Assembly: GCA_964422145.1 (NCBI GenBank)
Contig: CAYQZV010000001.1
Span: 193,750 to 257,749, forward strand
DNA: 64,000 bases
Direction of reading: 5' to 3'
From: an uncultured bacterium
GTDB lineage: Bacteria; Fidelibacterota; Marinisomatia; Marinisomatales; JACNKV01
A program made the position numbers and the translations under genes. The notes under the pieces were generated by a model. It saw only the letters and a list, made by a program, of their open reading frames with translations, ran no database searches and was not told where the DNA came from. Shown piece by piece: positions 18,101 to 25,651 of this stretch (positions are counted from its first letter, which is position 1; each line of letters opens with the position of its first letter).

Positions 18101-19313
18101 ATTCATTACTCCGGTAGAGTCAAACTACTTGACCACGTTCGATTTATATCGCGATGGTGAATTGTTAGTACCCGGACTAGAAGGAACAACATACACAGAT
18201 ACAGGCTTACCACCACAAGAGTTTTGTTATACCATTACTCAAAATATGGTTGATGGATCAGTATCTGATCACTCAAACGAAGCCTGTGCAACGCCTGAAG
18301 TTTCCTCACCGCAAAACTTAACAGCGGTATTTGATGACGTTGAAGAAAACATCGATTTAAGCTGGGATGCAATGGAACAAGATATTCCAAGCAGCGATTT
18401 CGATTTCATACTTCCGATCACGGTTGATGCCGGTGGAGACGTTTCTTATACGTTAACCACAGGGTTTTCACCTCTTGCAACGGACGGCTATGATGAAGGA
18501 ATCGATCAGTATGCACCTCCGGCACCCCCACCTCCGTCCTTTGACGCAGCGCTCAGCTGGCAGTCAGATCGATACTATACGCAGATCTTAAACGGCGCAG
18601 ATGGTGTTTCTGAGGATCATATCTATGATATCCAGCTTCAGTTTGATTCAAATTATCTGATCAATCTGACGTGGGATAATACAGGGTTAGCTGATCTTGG
18701 AACCTTTATTCTCCAGGACGCTTTTGGTGGTATGATTATCGATGTTGATATGACGGAAGTTGGTTCAGTTACCGTTGATAATCCAGCCCTCAACCTGTTG
18801 AAAGTTATCATTACTCCAACATCGTTTGAATATACTCCGACGTTCAATATTTATAGGAACGGAGGATTGTATGTATCAGGAATTGAAGGAACTACCTACA
18901 CAGACGTAGACTTTGGACTGGGAACATTTTGTTATACAGTAACACAGATTTTGATAGATGACTCTGAATCAGGTCACTCAAATGAAGCTTGTGTAACAAT
19001 AGAAGATGGCGCGATTGATAATGATCTTCTCCCGGTAAGTTTTGCCTTACATCAAAACTACCCGAACCCATTCAATCCCATCACAACAATTACCTATGAT
19101 ATTGCTGAAGAAACCTTCGTCAATGTCAGTATTTACAATTTGATGGGACAAAAAGTTCGGACGCTGGTTTCTGCAAAACAAATACAAGGACAGTACTTTG
19201 TTCAGTGGGACGCAAGAAACGACCACGGCGGAGCATTGCCCACCGGTGTATATATCTATCGAATTGATGCCGGCAGTTTCACAGATGTGAGAAAACTGGT
19301 CTTAATGAAATAA
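15186..19313 (+). CDS. Giant modular secreted protein (1375 aa), a T9SS cargo. Order: lamin-tail-domain head, CBM-like beta-sandwich, ExeM/NucH-like OB-fold region without a nuclease domain, four copies of an unnamed ~140-aa PPAPPxPSFD module, two Fn3-like mini-domains, T9SS tail.
   Basis: GGAGG SD 8 nt upstream. Signal peptide MFKTIKCLSLVLVLFAGLSAQ. LTD signature LFFSEYIEGSSNNKALEIYNPTDTDIDLSGY. OB-like region IYDIQGQADASPYAGQVVETSGVVTA...YYDLTEL. C-terminal tail NYPNPFNPITTITY...GVYIYRIDAGSFTDVRKLVLMK. Confidence 0.85.
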   Translation: MFKTIKCLSLVLVLFAGLSAQGLFFSEYIEGSSNNKALEIYNPTDTDIDLSGYAFPNVSNAPTTPGEYEYWNTFDTGAIVPAGGVYVIAHPDADPTILAVANQTFTYLSNGDDGFSLVQGTETDFVAIDWIGDWNGDPGSGWDVCGQAAATQNHTLVRAIGVNSGNDWAVSSASETCEWDVYDQNTFTFLGSHTAEAPTTVFVTFQVDVSELDLEGYVDNNGEPFYGVYATGSFDGWAGWGTQLTDDDADGIYVGTAEIPEGTYEYLFTINGWNGLAGNPPLGSECDWNPADEFANYGMVVGPEDFTLDVVCWQSCMECIDAVTIYDIQGQADASPYAGQVVETSGVVTATNGSNKHFIQDGTGAWNGIYIYDSGNTYTVGDNITLVAEVTEYYDLTELMNVASVTVNSSGNALPEPVVLTTAEVSTEDYEGVLVTTIGLCDNEANNYGEWSVDDGSGTAWADDQYFTFAPVLGTGYAVTGPLNYSYGAYKILPRDAGDIVEQVVVPEFTFTFNVAGAADDRSLTVGFSAGATDGYDAGLDTYAPPAPPAPSFDVALGWENDRYFTQILNGAEADWGVEHTYEVLLQFDESSAITFTWDNTGLSELGTFVLEDAFGGNIVNVDMNAETSLSVDNPALTMLKLRVTPGDYVPPVDVPNFVGSVNFAGASENRSLTFGFSPEATDGYDAGLDAYAPPAPPAPSFDVALGWENDRYFTQILNGAEEDWEVEHVYTLQLQYDESGAIALTWDNTMWEYYGNVTLRDGWGGVLFNDVDMVAVNSFVFDNPAFTTAELSVKPGEYIPLPPPPPPAPELTATAGPGSITLSWTAIEEDTPQNGVNFTLPITVDAGGETSYTLTTGFSSDATDGYDEGIDLYAPPAPPPPSFDAALNWQSDRYYTQILNGADGIYDEHVYDIQLQFDSNNLINLTWENAGLADLGTFILQDAFGGMIINVDMTEVGSVVVDNVALNLLKVFITPVESNYLTTFDLYRDGELLVPGLEGTTYTDTGLPPQEFCYTITQNMVDGSVSDHSNEACATPEVSSPQNLTAVFDDVEENIDLSWDAMEQDIPSSDFDFILPITVDAGGDVSYTLTTGFSPLATDGYDEGIDQYAPPAPPPPSFDAALSWQSDRYYTQILNGADGVSEDHIYDIQLQFDSNYLINLTWDNTGLADLGTFILQDAFGGMIIDVDMTEVGSVTVDNPALNLLKVIITPTSFEYTPTFNIYRNGGLYVSGIEGTTYTDVDFGLGTFCYTVTQILIDDSESGHSNEACVTIEDGAIDNDLLPVSFALHQNYPNPFNPITTITYDIAEETFVNVSIYNLMGQKVRTLVSAKQIQGQYFVQWDARNDHGGALPTGVYIYRIDAGSFTDVRKLVLMK
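15249..15689 (+). other. Lamin tail domain (LTD)-like N-terminal domain
   Basis: SEYIEGSSNNKALEIYNPT...DLSGY...G.YVIAH......LSNGDDGFSLV...DWIG...NHTLVR. This is the same head seen in ExeM/NucH-type extracellular nucleases and other LTD proteins. Confidence 0.7.
16152..16684 (+). other. ExeM/NucH-like OB-fold (putative nucleic-acid or polymer binding) region. No endonuclease/exonuclease/phosphatase domain follows it.
   Basis: VTIYDIQGQADASPYAGQVVETSGVVTATNG..HFIQDGTGAWNGIYIYD...VTEYYDLTEL...YGEWSVDDGSG...YKILPRDAGDI. Confidence 0.55.
16707..17132 (+). repeat. PPAPPxPSFD module, copy R1
   Basis: ...SLTVGFSAGATDGYDAGLDTYAPPAPPAPSFDVALGWENDRYFTQILNGAEADW...FTWDNTGLSELGTFVLEDAFGG.IVNVDM...LKLRVTPGDY. 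Confidence 0.85.
17157..17582 (+). repeat. PPAPPxPSFD module, copy R2
   Basis: Paralogous to R1. A 49-nt run at 17304-17352 is identical to 16857-16905, although flanking synonymous sites differ. Confidence 0.85.
17691..18113 (+). repeat. PPAPPxPSFD module, copy R3
   Basis: ...PITVDAGGETSYTLTTGFSSDATDGYDEGIDLYAPPAPPPPSFDAALNWQSDRYYTQILNGADG...LQFDSNNLINLTWENAGLADLGTFILQDAFGGMIINVDMTEVGSV.VDN.ALNLLKVFITP. Confidence 0.85.
18393..18818 (+). repeat. PPAPPxPSFD module, copy R4
   Basis: Near-identical to R3 at the protein level (...PITVDAGGDVSYTLTTGFSPLATDGYDEGIDQYAPPAPPPPSFDAALSWQSDRYYTQILNGADG...). Confidence 0.85.
19041..19310 (+). other. T9SS C-terminal sorting domain of the 1375-aa protein
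   Basis: FALHQNYPNPFNPITTITYDI...VSIYNLMGQKVRTLV...GVYIYRIDAGSFTDVRKLVLMK. Confidence 0.85.
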
Positions 19314-19336
19314 TATTACGAATAAAAACGATAAAG

Positions 19337-19368
19337 AAAAGGGACCTGATGGGTCCCTTTTCTTTTAT
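19337..19368 (+). terminator. Rho-independent terminator (AAAAGGGACC-TGATG-GGTCCCTTTT followed by a T-tract)
   Basis: Read directly. GC-rich stem followed by CTTTTAT. Confidence 0.8.
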
Positions 19369-19400
19369 ATATAAAAATTAACATGGTTCAGAAAAAAGAC

Positions 19401-19430
19401 TTGATAAAAATTGCAAATCACACTTACAAT
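19401..19430 (+). promoter_or_regulatory. Candidate sigma70-type promoter for ssb: TTGATA (19401-19406) - 18 nt - TACAAT (19425-19430)
   Basis: Hexamer matches read directly, about 50 nt upstream of the ssb ATG. Confidence 0.4.
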
Positions 19431-19478
19431 CAAGCAGCACAAAACAATAGTTTATAACGAACACATGAGAGGTATAAC

Positions 19479-19877
19479 ATGCAAAAAGGAAGTATCAATA
19501 AAGTAATGTTAGTGGGCCATCTCGGCGGAGATGCCGAAAGCCGTTTCACACCAAACGGAAGCGCTGTTGCTACATTTAATATCGCAACCAACGAATCCAG
19601 AAGAAACGCTGAAGGTGGCTACGACGATAAAACGGAATGGCACCGCTGCGTTGTCTTTGGAAAAATGGCTGAAACAGCAGGAGAATACCTTAAAAAAGGA
19701 CAGTTGATTTATTTTGAAGGAAGGTTACAAACACGCTCTTGGGATGACAAAGACGGTGTCAAAAGATACACCACAGAAGTGATTGGGGACCGTTGGACAA
19801 TGCTTGGAAGACGAAATGACGATGGCGCTCAACAAGCCAAGGTAACCGATCCCGGCGATGACGACCTTCCCTTTTAA
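19479..19877 (+). CDS. ssb: Single-stranded DNA-binding protein
   Basis: 132 aa. OB-fold N-terminus NKVMLVGHLGGDAESRFTPNGSAVATFNIATNE and the acidic C-terminal tip DDDLPF. Confidence 0.97.
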   Translation: MQKGSINKVMLVGHLGGDAESRFTPNGSAVATFNIATNESRRNAEGGYDDKTEWHRCVVFGKMAETAGEYLKKGQLIYFEGRLQTRSWDDKDGVKRYTTEVIGDRWTMLGRRNDDGAQQAKVTDPGDDDLPF

Positions 19878-19900
19878 TTAAACAAACAAAACTCTGTAAC

Positions 19901-19934
19901 AAAAAGGGGCGTTTTGTCGCCCCTTTTTATTTTA
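19901..19934 (+). terminator. Rho-independent terminator (AAAAAGGGGCG-TTTTGT-CGCCCCTTTTT followed by ATTTT)
   Basis: Read directly. Confidence 0.85.
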
Positions 19935-19969
19935 GGATGAAGCATAAATTCCTGTAAATTCCCGTCGTC

Positions 19970-20698
19970 ATGAGCGCACGAACCAAGCTGGACCTATACT
20001 CTCCCCGGTCGAAATACATACAATATGTTGCCGGGTATTTGGCAATGTTTATCAGCTCGGTGATCGGTCGGTCTTCTATCTCAGGTAAAAAGCATATCCC
20101 AAAGGAAGCCCCGTTTATCGTTGCCAGTAACCACTTTAGCTATATTGATCCCGCCTTTGTGATAAGCGCGATACTACGCCCCATCAATTTTTTGGCGGCC
20201 AGTGAACAAAAAATCGACTGGTACTTTATGTGGGCGCCATGGCTCTATGGATTCATCCCCACCAACAGAAAAAAAATAGCTCCCTCAACAATAAAAACAT
20301 CACTTAACGTTTTAAAAAATGGGAAGATTTTAGGTATCTTTCCAGAGGGCTCGTCTACTGATACAACATTAAGAAAAGCGAAAAACGGCACGGTATATCT
20401 TTCAACGGTCACAGGAGTGCCGATCGTCCCGGTTGGAATATCCGGACTGGAAACCGCATGGAACGATCTATTCAGAGGAATCAGACCGCGCGTCAAAATA
20501 AACATCGGGAAATCGTTTGGACCGTTTTTTATGCCAAAAGAAAAAGAGAATAAAGAACCATTCCTTGATGAAATCGGCGTTGAAGTCATGTGCCGGATTG
20601 CCGCACTGCTCCCCGAAAAACAACATGGAATATTTAAAGGACGAAAAAGAATTAAAGATTTTCAGGCTGAAAACGACCTGAAGAAGACCGAACAGTAA
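19970..20698 (+). CDS. plsC: 1-acyl-sn-glycerol-3-phosphate acyltransferase family protein
   Basis: 242 aa. Acyltransferase HX4D motif (SNHFSYIDP) and a FPEGS block. Confidence 0.8.
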   Translation: MSARTKLDLYSPRSKYIQYVAGYLAMFISSVIGRSSISGKKHIPKEAPFIVASNHFSYIDPAFVISAILRPINFLAASEQKIDWYFMWAPWLYGFIPTNRKKIAPSTIKTSLNVLKNGKILGIFPEGSSTDTTLRKAKNGTVYLSTVTGVPIVPVGISGLETAWNDLFRGIRPRVKINIGKSFGPFFMPKEKENKEPFLDEIGVEVMCRIAALLPEKQHGIFKGRKRIKDFQAENDLKKTEQ

Positions 20699-21545
20699 TC
20701 AAAAACACACCGGTTAACGTGAATATCCCGCCGATCATCGTTTGTACTGGAACCGTCTCTGCAAAAAGCATCCAGGCTAAAACAGATGCTAAAACAGGTT
20801 CTCCCAGCGGAACCGAAGCAACAATTGTCGCTGATGACACGTATTTCATGGTATAACTGAAAACCGTGTGACCAAAAACCGTTGGGATAAGACCGAGAGC
20901 AATGAACCACGGAATATCTCTCGCTGAAAATTCAAACACAGATTGACCCAACACAGCCGCAAAGACAAACAATAAAACCGCAGCAACCATATACAGCGAT
21001 CGTCCGAAAACCACGGTCTTCGTTGATTGGCGAATAGCGCTGGTAAGCAGCCAGACAAACGCCAACCACAACGATCCTAATAATGCCAGCAGAATCCCCT
21101 GGGTGTGCTGGTCTGAAAGCTCAAAGTGTCCGCCGTGGATGATCACTCCTCCTGTCGCAGCTAAAATAAGTCCGAATACAACTTTTCGCTGAAGATCTTG
21201 TTTGTAGTAAATTTTCTCGATCAGAACTGTAAAAAATGGAGCTGTTGTTCCAAAAAGAGTGGCGTTAGCAACTGAGGTTAATTTTAGTGCACCAAAAAAA
21301 CAGGCGAAATGAAGCCCGAGGAAAACACCTGCAATAAGAATTTTTACGTAGAGAGACTTCTGAACAACACCCTGAGGTTTTATGGCACTATATGACCACA
21401 GAAAACAACTCGCTGTTGCCATTCGCCAGAAGGCAATCACCACCGCGGGGATGATGGGAAGCAGCCGAACAAAAATAGAAGATGTGCTGACAGAAACCAG
21501 CGCTAGGCAGAGCAATAAAACAACACGAATAGATGGCTGGGACAT
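20652..21545 (-). CDS. EamA/DMT family transporter
   Basis: 297 aa, about 10 predicted TM helices, duplicated EamA-like halves. The 3' end overlaps plsC convergently by 47 nt. Confidence 0.75.
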   Translation of the reverse strand: MSQPSIRVVLLLCLALVSVSTSSIFVRLLPIIPAVVIAFWRMATASCFLWSYSAIKPQGVVQKSLYVKILIAGVFLGLHFACFFGALKLTSVANATLFGTTAPFFTVLIEKIYYKQDLQRKVVFGLILAATGGVIIHGGHFELSDQHTQGILLALLGSLWLAFVWLLTSAIRQSTKTVVFGRSLYMVAAVLLFVFAAVLGQSVFEFSARDIPWFIALGLIPTVFGHTVFSYTMKYVSSATIVASVPLGEPVLASVLAWMLFAETVPVQTMIGGIFTLTGVFLITVRSSSGRFQPENL

Positions 21546-21550
21546 GTTGT

Positions 21551-22507
21551 TTAGTAGAGTGATTTAACCCAATCCGTGTCCGTAAGTGAAAGCGGGGCAC
21601 CGAGGTTTGATGCGGCATTGACTTGATCAACGTCTCTCATACCGAGAAGCACACACCCGGTGGGCGAATCTGTAAGCAGCGCATCTATGAGGCCACGCAT
21701 TACTGGCTGAGGATGATCTGAAAATCGCTCCAGAAGCAGCTCGCGGTTTTCCCGCATTTTATCGATAATACTTTGATCGTTAAAATCAGGAATGTTTAGT
21801 CGATAATCACCTTTAGGGAATGTCGTTGTTTTTGTGTATTTGCCAGTCAGTAAACCGTGTTTGATCGGAGAAAAGAAACAAACACCGATATTGTTTTCTT
21901 CGGCATATTGCCTGAGCCCGCTGGATTCAAATGTATCATCCATGACGTTTCGGTACGGCTGAACAACATCAGGATTAACCCGATCGATAAACCGCATCAT
22001 TTTATTTAAATCCCAGTCGGATAAACCAAGAAATCGCGTCTTCCCTTCTTCTTGCATCCGATGAAGCATTTCGTTGGCATCATCAAAATACTCTTCATTG
22101 TCACCAAAATTACAGTGATGTAAATAAAGAAGATCGACGGTTTCTACCTTGAGGTTTTTCAGTGAACGCTCGAATTGATTCCGCATATGCGTCGGATGGT
22201 ATAAATAAGGGTAGGGGCCCAGGCTCCATCCAAATTTTGTTGCAAGGAAAATATCATCTCTTGGCACGGTGTTCCACATGGATCCAATCACGGCTTCCGA
22301 TCGACCTTCACCATAAACATCAGCGGTATCCCAGTGGGATATACCGAGTTCCCAGGCGCGTATCATCGCGCTACAGGAATTTTTATCGGTTTGTCCTGCC
22401 CAGCCGACGGACATATCTCCGGAGATATTCTCTCCGCCGTAAGACCATGTACCGAGACTTACGCGCGGAACGGTGACGCCGGTCTTCCCTAAAATGACCG
22501 TTTCCAT
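21551..22507 (-). CDS. Aldo/keto reductase family oxidoreductase
   Basis: 318 aa. ...LGTWSYGG...HWDTADVYGEGRSE...LYLHH... is the typical AKR pattern. Confidence 0.85.
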   Translation of the reverse strand: METVILGKTGVTVPRVSLGTWSYGGENISGDMSVGWAGQTDKNSCSAMIRAWELGISHWDTADVYGEGRSEAVIGSMWNTVPRDDIFLATKFGWSLGPYPYLYHPTHMRNQFERSLKNLKVETVDLLYLHHCNFGDNEEYFDDANEMLHRMQEEGKTRFLGLSDWDLNKMMRFIDRVNPDVVQPYRNVMDDTFESSGLRQYAEENNIGVCFFSPIKHGLLTGKYTKTTTFPKGDYRLNIPDFNDQSIIDKMRENRELLLERFSDHPQPVMRGLIDALLTDSPTGCVLLGMRDVDQVNAASNLGAPLSLTDTDWVKSLY

Positions 22508-22561
22508 ACGGACTCCTTTCGAGTAAAGGTTATAATATTATGAACGGGTCTGGCGGTAAAG

Positions 22562-24517
22562 TTAAGCCAGCATCTCCGGTTTTACAACAGGTCCGTATTG
22601 GTCTTTTAAGTTCAGTAGATTAGATTTTTGCTTTTTGTAAATGTCAAAAAGCAAATCAGGAATATTTTCTTCTTTCTGATAGGCTTCAGTTTGGAGGTCA
22701 ATCCTTTGGATAATATTATCGACATACAGAGAGAATTGCATCATATACAGTTCTTTACTGTATTCTTTTCCAATGGAATCGAAGAGTGTTTTCAGATCAT
22801 CATAAAACGGGATATATCCGACAGGAGTTTCGATGGCCTTAACATCACCATGAACAAACAGCTCTAACCACCCCAGCCAGACTTTTACATCTCGTTTTTC
22901 TCCCAGCAAATTGGAGCCGCTTCCGCCGCGGTTTTCATGTGTGAGGAAGTAGTTCAATCCAGCCATTACCGGTTTTGCCCCGGAAGCAAATTTATCAGAA
23001 TTGAAAAAACCAAATTGTGCATTCATATAATCGGCTAAAGCGCCCGGAATGAACGGGGCGTTTGCCCAAGGTTGTCTTCTGACGCCGGTAGCACCGATTT
23101 CTGTAGCGGTTGCTTTAGAAACAATTGAGGCACCGATGACCACACCTTCTTCATTATTTTTGGCAACCCAAACAGGCGGCATGGTATCCGCATCACGGCC
23201 GGAGTAAGTGATGACTTTAATTTGTACGCCATTTGGATCTTCAGCGGCAGGGGTATTATGATTATTGATCGCTGAGGCTAAGAGGGTACAGCGGGAGTTT
23301 TTGTGCGACATCGGAACAGGCTTTCCGTTTGCATCTGTTTTTCCTTCGTACCAGTCACCTTGGAAGTTTGTACCGTTTTTAGGCGCAGTTTCACCGTTAC
23401 CGACCCAGTGCGGCTTACCAGCATCATCGACCAGCACATTAGACCAGATCACTTCTGTTCCGTCACCGCGCAGACAATCCATTAAGTAAGGATCACCCTC
23501 TGCGTTCACATCTTCCACAATACCGAAAATCCCTTTTTCAGGATTAATTCCGCGGCATGTACCGTCTTCTGCAATCCAAAGCTGGGCAAGATCGTCACCG
23601 ATAAAATCAGTTCCAACCATCGCCGTTGTGGTTTTACCACATCCTGAAGGAGCAGCACCGGCAAAATAAGTTGTGCGTCCGCCGGGTCCGGTCATCCCTG
23701 TAATAAACATATGCTCTGAAAGTTCTTCGTTCGTCTTGAAATAAGTGGCATAATCAACCGTGAAGCGGTGATTCCCCTTTTTCAATAAGAGTGTGTTTCC
23801 CGCATAAGTACAGAAGGTTGAGAAAGTTGTAAACCAACTGCGGTCCATTAAAATCCTTGCGTTGGGCACATCTTCAGGGCGATTCAACCCTTCAGAATGA
23901 AGGTTGGTGTAGAAAACACCTTTTCGTTCGACTTCGGTATCGAATTCATTATAACAGTTACGATATAATAATTCACCGGAATGGAACACATAACCGGAAG
24001 ATGAAATTTCAATGGCAGGAATCGAAGCGCGGGCACCAACAGGTCCTCTGCTAAAGAATCCGACAATCATTGTTTTGTCTTTCATAATGCCGCTTAAATA
24101 AGTCTGAAGATATTCAATCGCCTCATCTCGAATTACATATTTTGCAAGCGAGCTGATTTTTTCGTCTTTGTTGATAATATAAAATGTTTGATTGACTAAC
24201 CGCGCCTGATCTTCAGGAAGGTCAAAATGGATCGTATGTCCGGGTTTTGCCAAAGGCTTTTCCTCGCCTTTTTCGAGTGAATATTCTCTAATCCACTGGA
24301 TGTCTTCCGGTGTCCCGGAATTAATGAAGACATGATCAGGAGTGCATATTTCAATAGCGTTTGCAATTTTGATCAGGGTTTCTTCATTTTTGATGTGGGC
24401 AAGCTTTAATCTGTTTTCAGCATCAATATGTGCGTCAAACACATTGGTTGCTTCTTTTATCGTATTAATTTTGCCAAGAAACGGCAGGATATCAATTCCT
24501 TTTTTTAGCTCTAACAT
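22562..24517 (-). CDS. pckG: Phosphoenolpyruvate carboxykinase, GTP-type (divergent)
   Basis: 651 aa. ...YAGNTLLLKKGNH..., kinase-1a-like AAPSGCGKTT (canonical is PSACGKTN), ...IGDDLAQL...GINPEKGIFGIV..., ...NSRCT.... Confidence 0.7.
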   Translation of the reverse strand: MLELKKGIDILPFLGKINTIKEATNVFDAHIDAENRLKLAHIKNEETLIKIANAIEICTPDHVFINSGTPEDIQWIREYSLEKGEEKPLAKPGHTIHFDLPEDQARLVNQTFYIINKDEKISSLAKYVIRDEAIEYLQTYLSGIMKDKTMIVGFFSRGPVGARASIPAIEISSSGYVFHSGELLYRNCYNEFDTEVERKGVFYTNLHSEGLNRPEDVPNARILMDRSWFTTFSTFCTYAGNTLLLKKGNHRFTVDYATYFKTNEELSEHMFITGMTGPGGRTTYFAGAAPSGCGKTTTAMVGTDFIGDDLAQLWIAEDGTCRGINPEKGIFGIVEDVNAEGDPYLMDCLRGDGTEVIWSNVLVDDAGKPHWVGNGETAPKNGTNFQGDWYEGKTDANGKPVPMSHKNSRCTLLASAINNHNTPAAEDPNGVQIKVITYSGRDADTMPPVWVAKNNEEGVVIGASIVSKATATEIGATGVRRQPWANAPFIPGALADYMNAQFGFFNSDKFASGAKPVMAGLNYFLTHENRGGSGSNLLGEKRDVKVWLGWLELFVHGDVKAIETPVGYIPFYDDLKTLFDSIGKEYSKELYMMQFSLYVDNIIQRIDLQTEAYQKEENIPDLLFDIYKKQKSNLLNLKDQYGPVVKPEMLA

Positions 24518-24698
24518 TATTCCTCCAAAGAATTAAATATTTATACATCCTCAATAGACATATTTTGAGTGCGAATCAATACAGAAAATTAAGACAAGTA
24601 AATCTAAAATACCACAGCACCAAAGCAAAAAAGACAAAAATATCCGATTTTATAAAAATAGTCATTCCTCCTGTTTTTAGAATGTTTTACATTTGGTT

Positions 24699-25514
24699 AT
24701 GCCATTTTTAAAAACAAGCGACGATAGTTTCATTCATTATCGAATCAAAGGCAAAGGCTCTCCAGTTGTTTTTCTCCATGGATTGGGATCCTGCACGGAC
24801 GATTGGAACCTTCAGGTAAATTATTTTCGATCAACACATCTACGGATTACGGTTGATCTTAGAGGTCATGGTAAATCAGACAAACCTCATCCTTATCGAA
24901 AAGAATATTCGATAAGCCGCATGGCAAAGGATGTGTCAGAAGTCATAAACCACCTAAAGATTAAAAAAGCACATTTTGTCGGTTTGTCAATGGGCGGATG
25001 TACAGCGCTACAGGTTGCATTGGATTTTCCGGAAAGGGTTCAATCACTTATTTTAATCAACACACCGGTTTACGGCGGTGGGCGGCGGACTATCTTTCAA
25101 ATGCAGCTGGCTTTTCGATTATTTATTGTCCGAAATTTCGGCGTGAAGCCAATGGCGGCGATTATAGCCAATCGCTTGTTTCCAAGAAAAGATCAAGAGG
25201 AGCTTCGTCGCTTGGCTCGAAAAAGAATTAGTGAGAACCCGCAATGGTCTTATTATGGTTCAATATTGGCCATCGCAAAATTGAGGGTTGAGAAAAGATT
25301 GGGTGATCTAAAAAAACCAACGCTTATTTTAATCGGAGAAAAAGATAAAATTGTACACAACTTTTTGAATCAAACCTTAGCTAGACGATTAAAAAACGTA
25401 TCTGAATTACAGATAGTAAAAAACGCAGGACACGCCCTTCCTTTGGATTCTCCCGAGGTGTTTAATGAAATTCTATCGAACTGGTTGAAGAGAAAAGGTT
25501 TAATAAAGGGTTAA
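24699..25514 (+). CDS. Alpha/beta hydrolase fold protein
   Basis: HGLGS oxyanion region, nucleophile elbow GLSMGG, C-terminal GH. ATG at 24699; the track start at 24693 is TTG. Confidence 0.8.
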   Translation: MPFLKTSDDSFIHYRIKGKGSPVVFLHGLGSCTDDWNLQVNYFRSTHLRITVDLRGHGKSDKPHPYRKEYSISRMAKDVSEVINHLKIKKAHFVGLSMGGCTALQVALDFPERVQSLILINTPVYGGGRRTIFQMQLAFRLFIVRNFGVKPMAAIIANRLFPRKDQEELRRLARKRISENPQWSYYGSILAIAKLRVEKRLGDLKKPTLILIGEKDKIVHNFLNQTLARRLKNVSELQIVKNAGHALPLDSPEVFNEILSNWLKRKGLIKG

Positions 25515-25651
25515 TCCTGTAATTTTCTCTGATAAAATCATTTCCCATTTCGAATATTGAAAAACCACTAAATTCGCGGGCATTATTCACGAATGTTTTA
25601 TTTCAAAACGGAACATTCCTAATGACAATCATTAGAAGATTATAGATTAAT

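Noticed and set aside
25591-25618. Inverted repeat GAATGTT-N14-AACATTC upstream of the DUF1844 gene as an operator
   Set aside because: It is a single 7-bp arm pair in AT-rich DNA and I saw no second copy, so it is within chance expectation.
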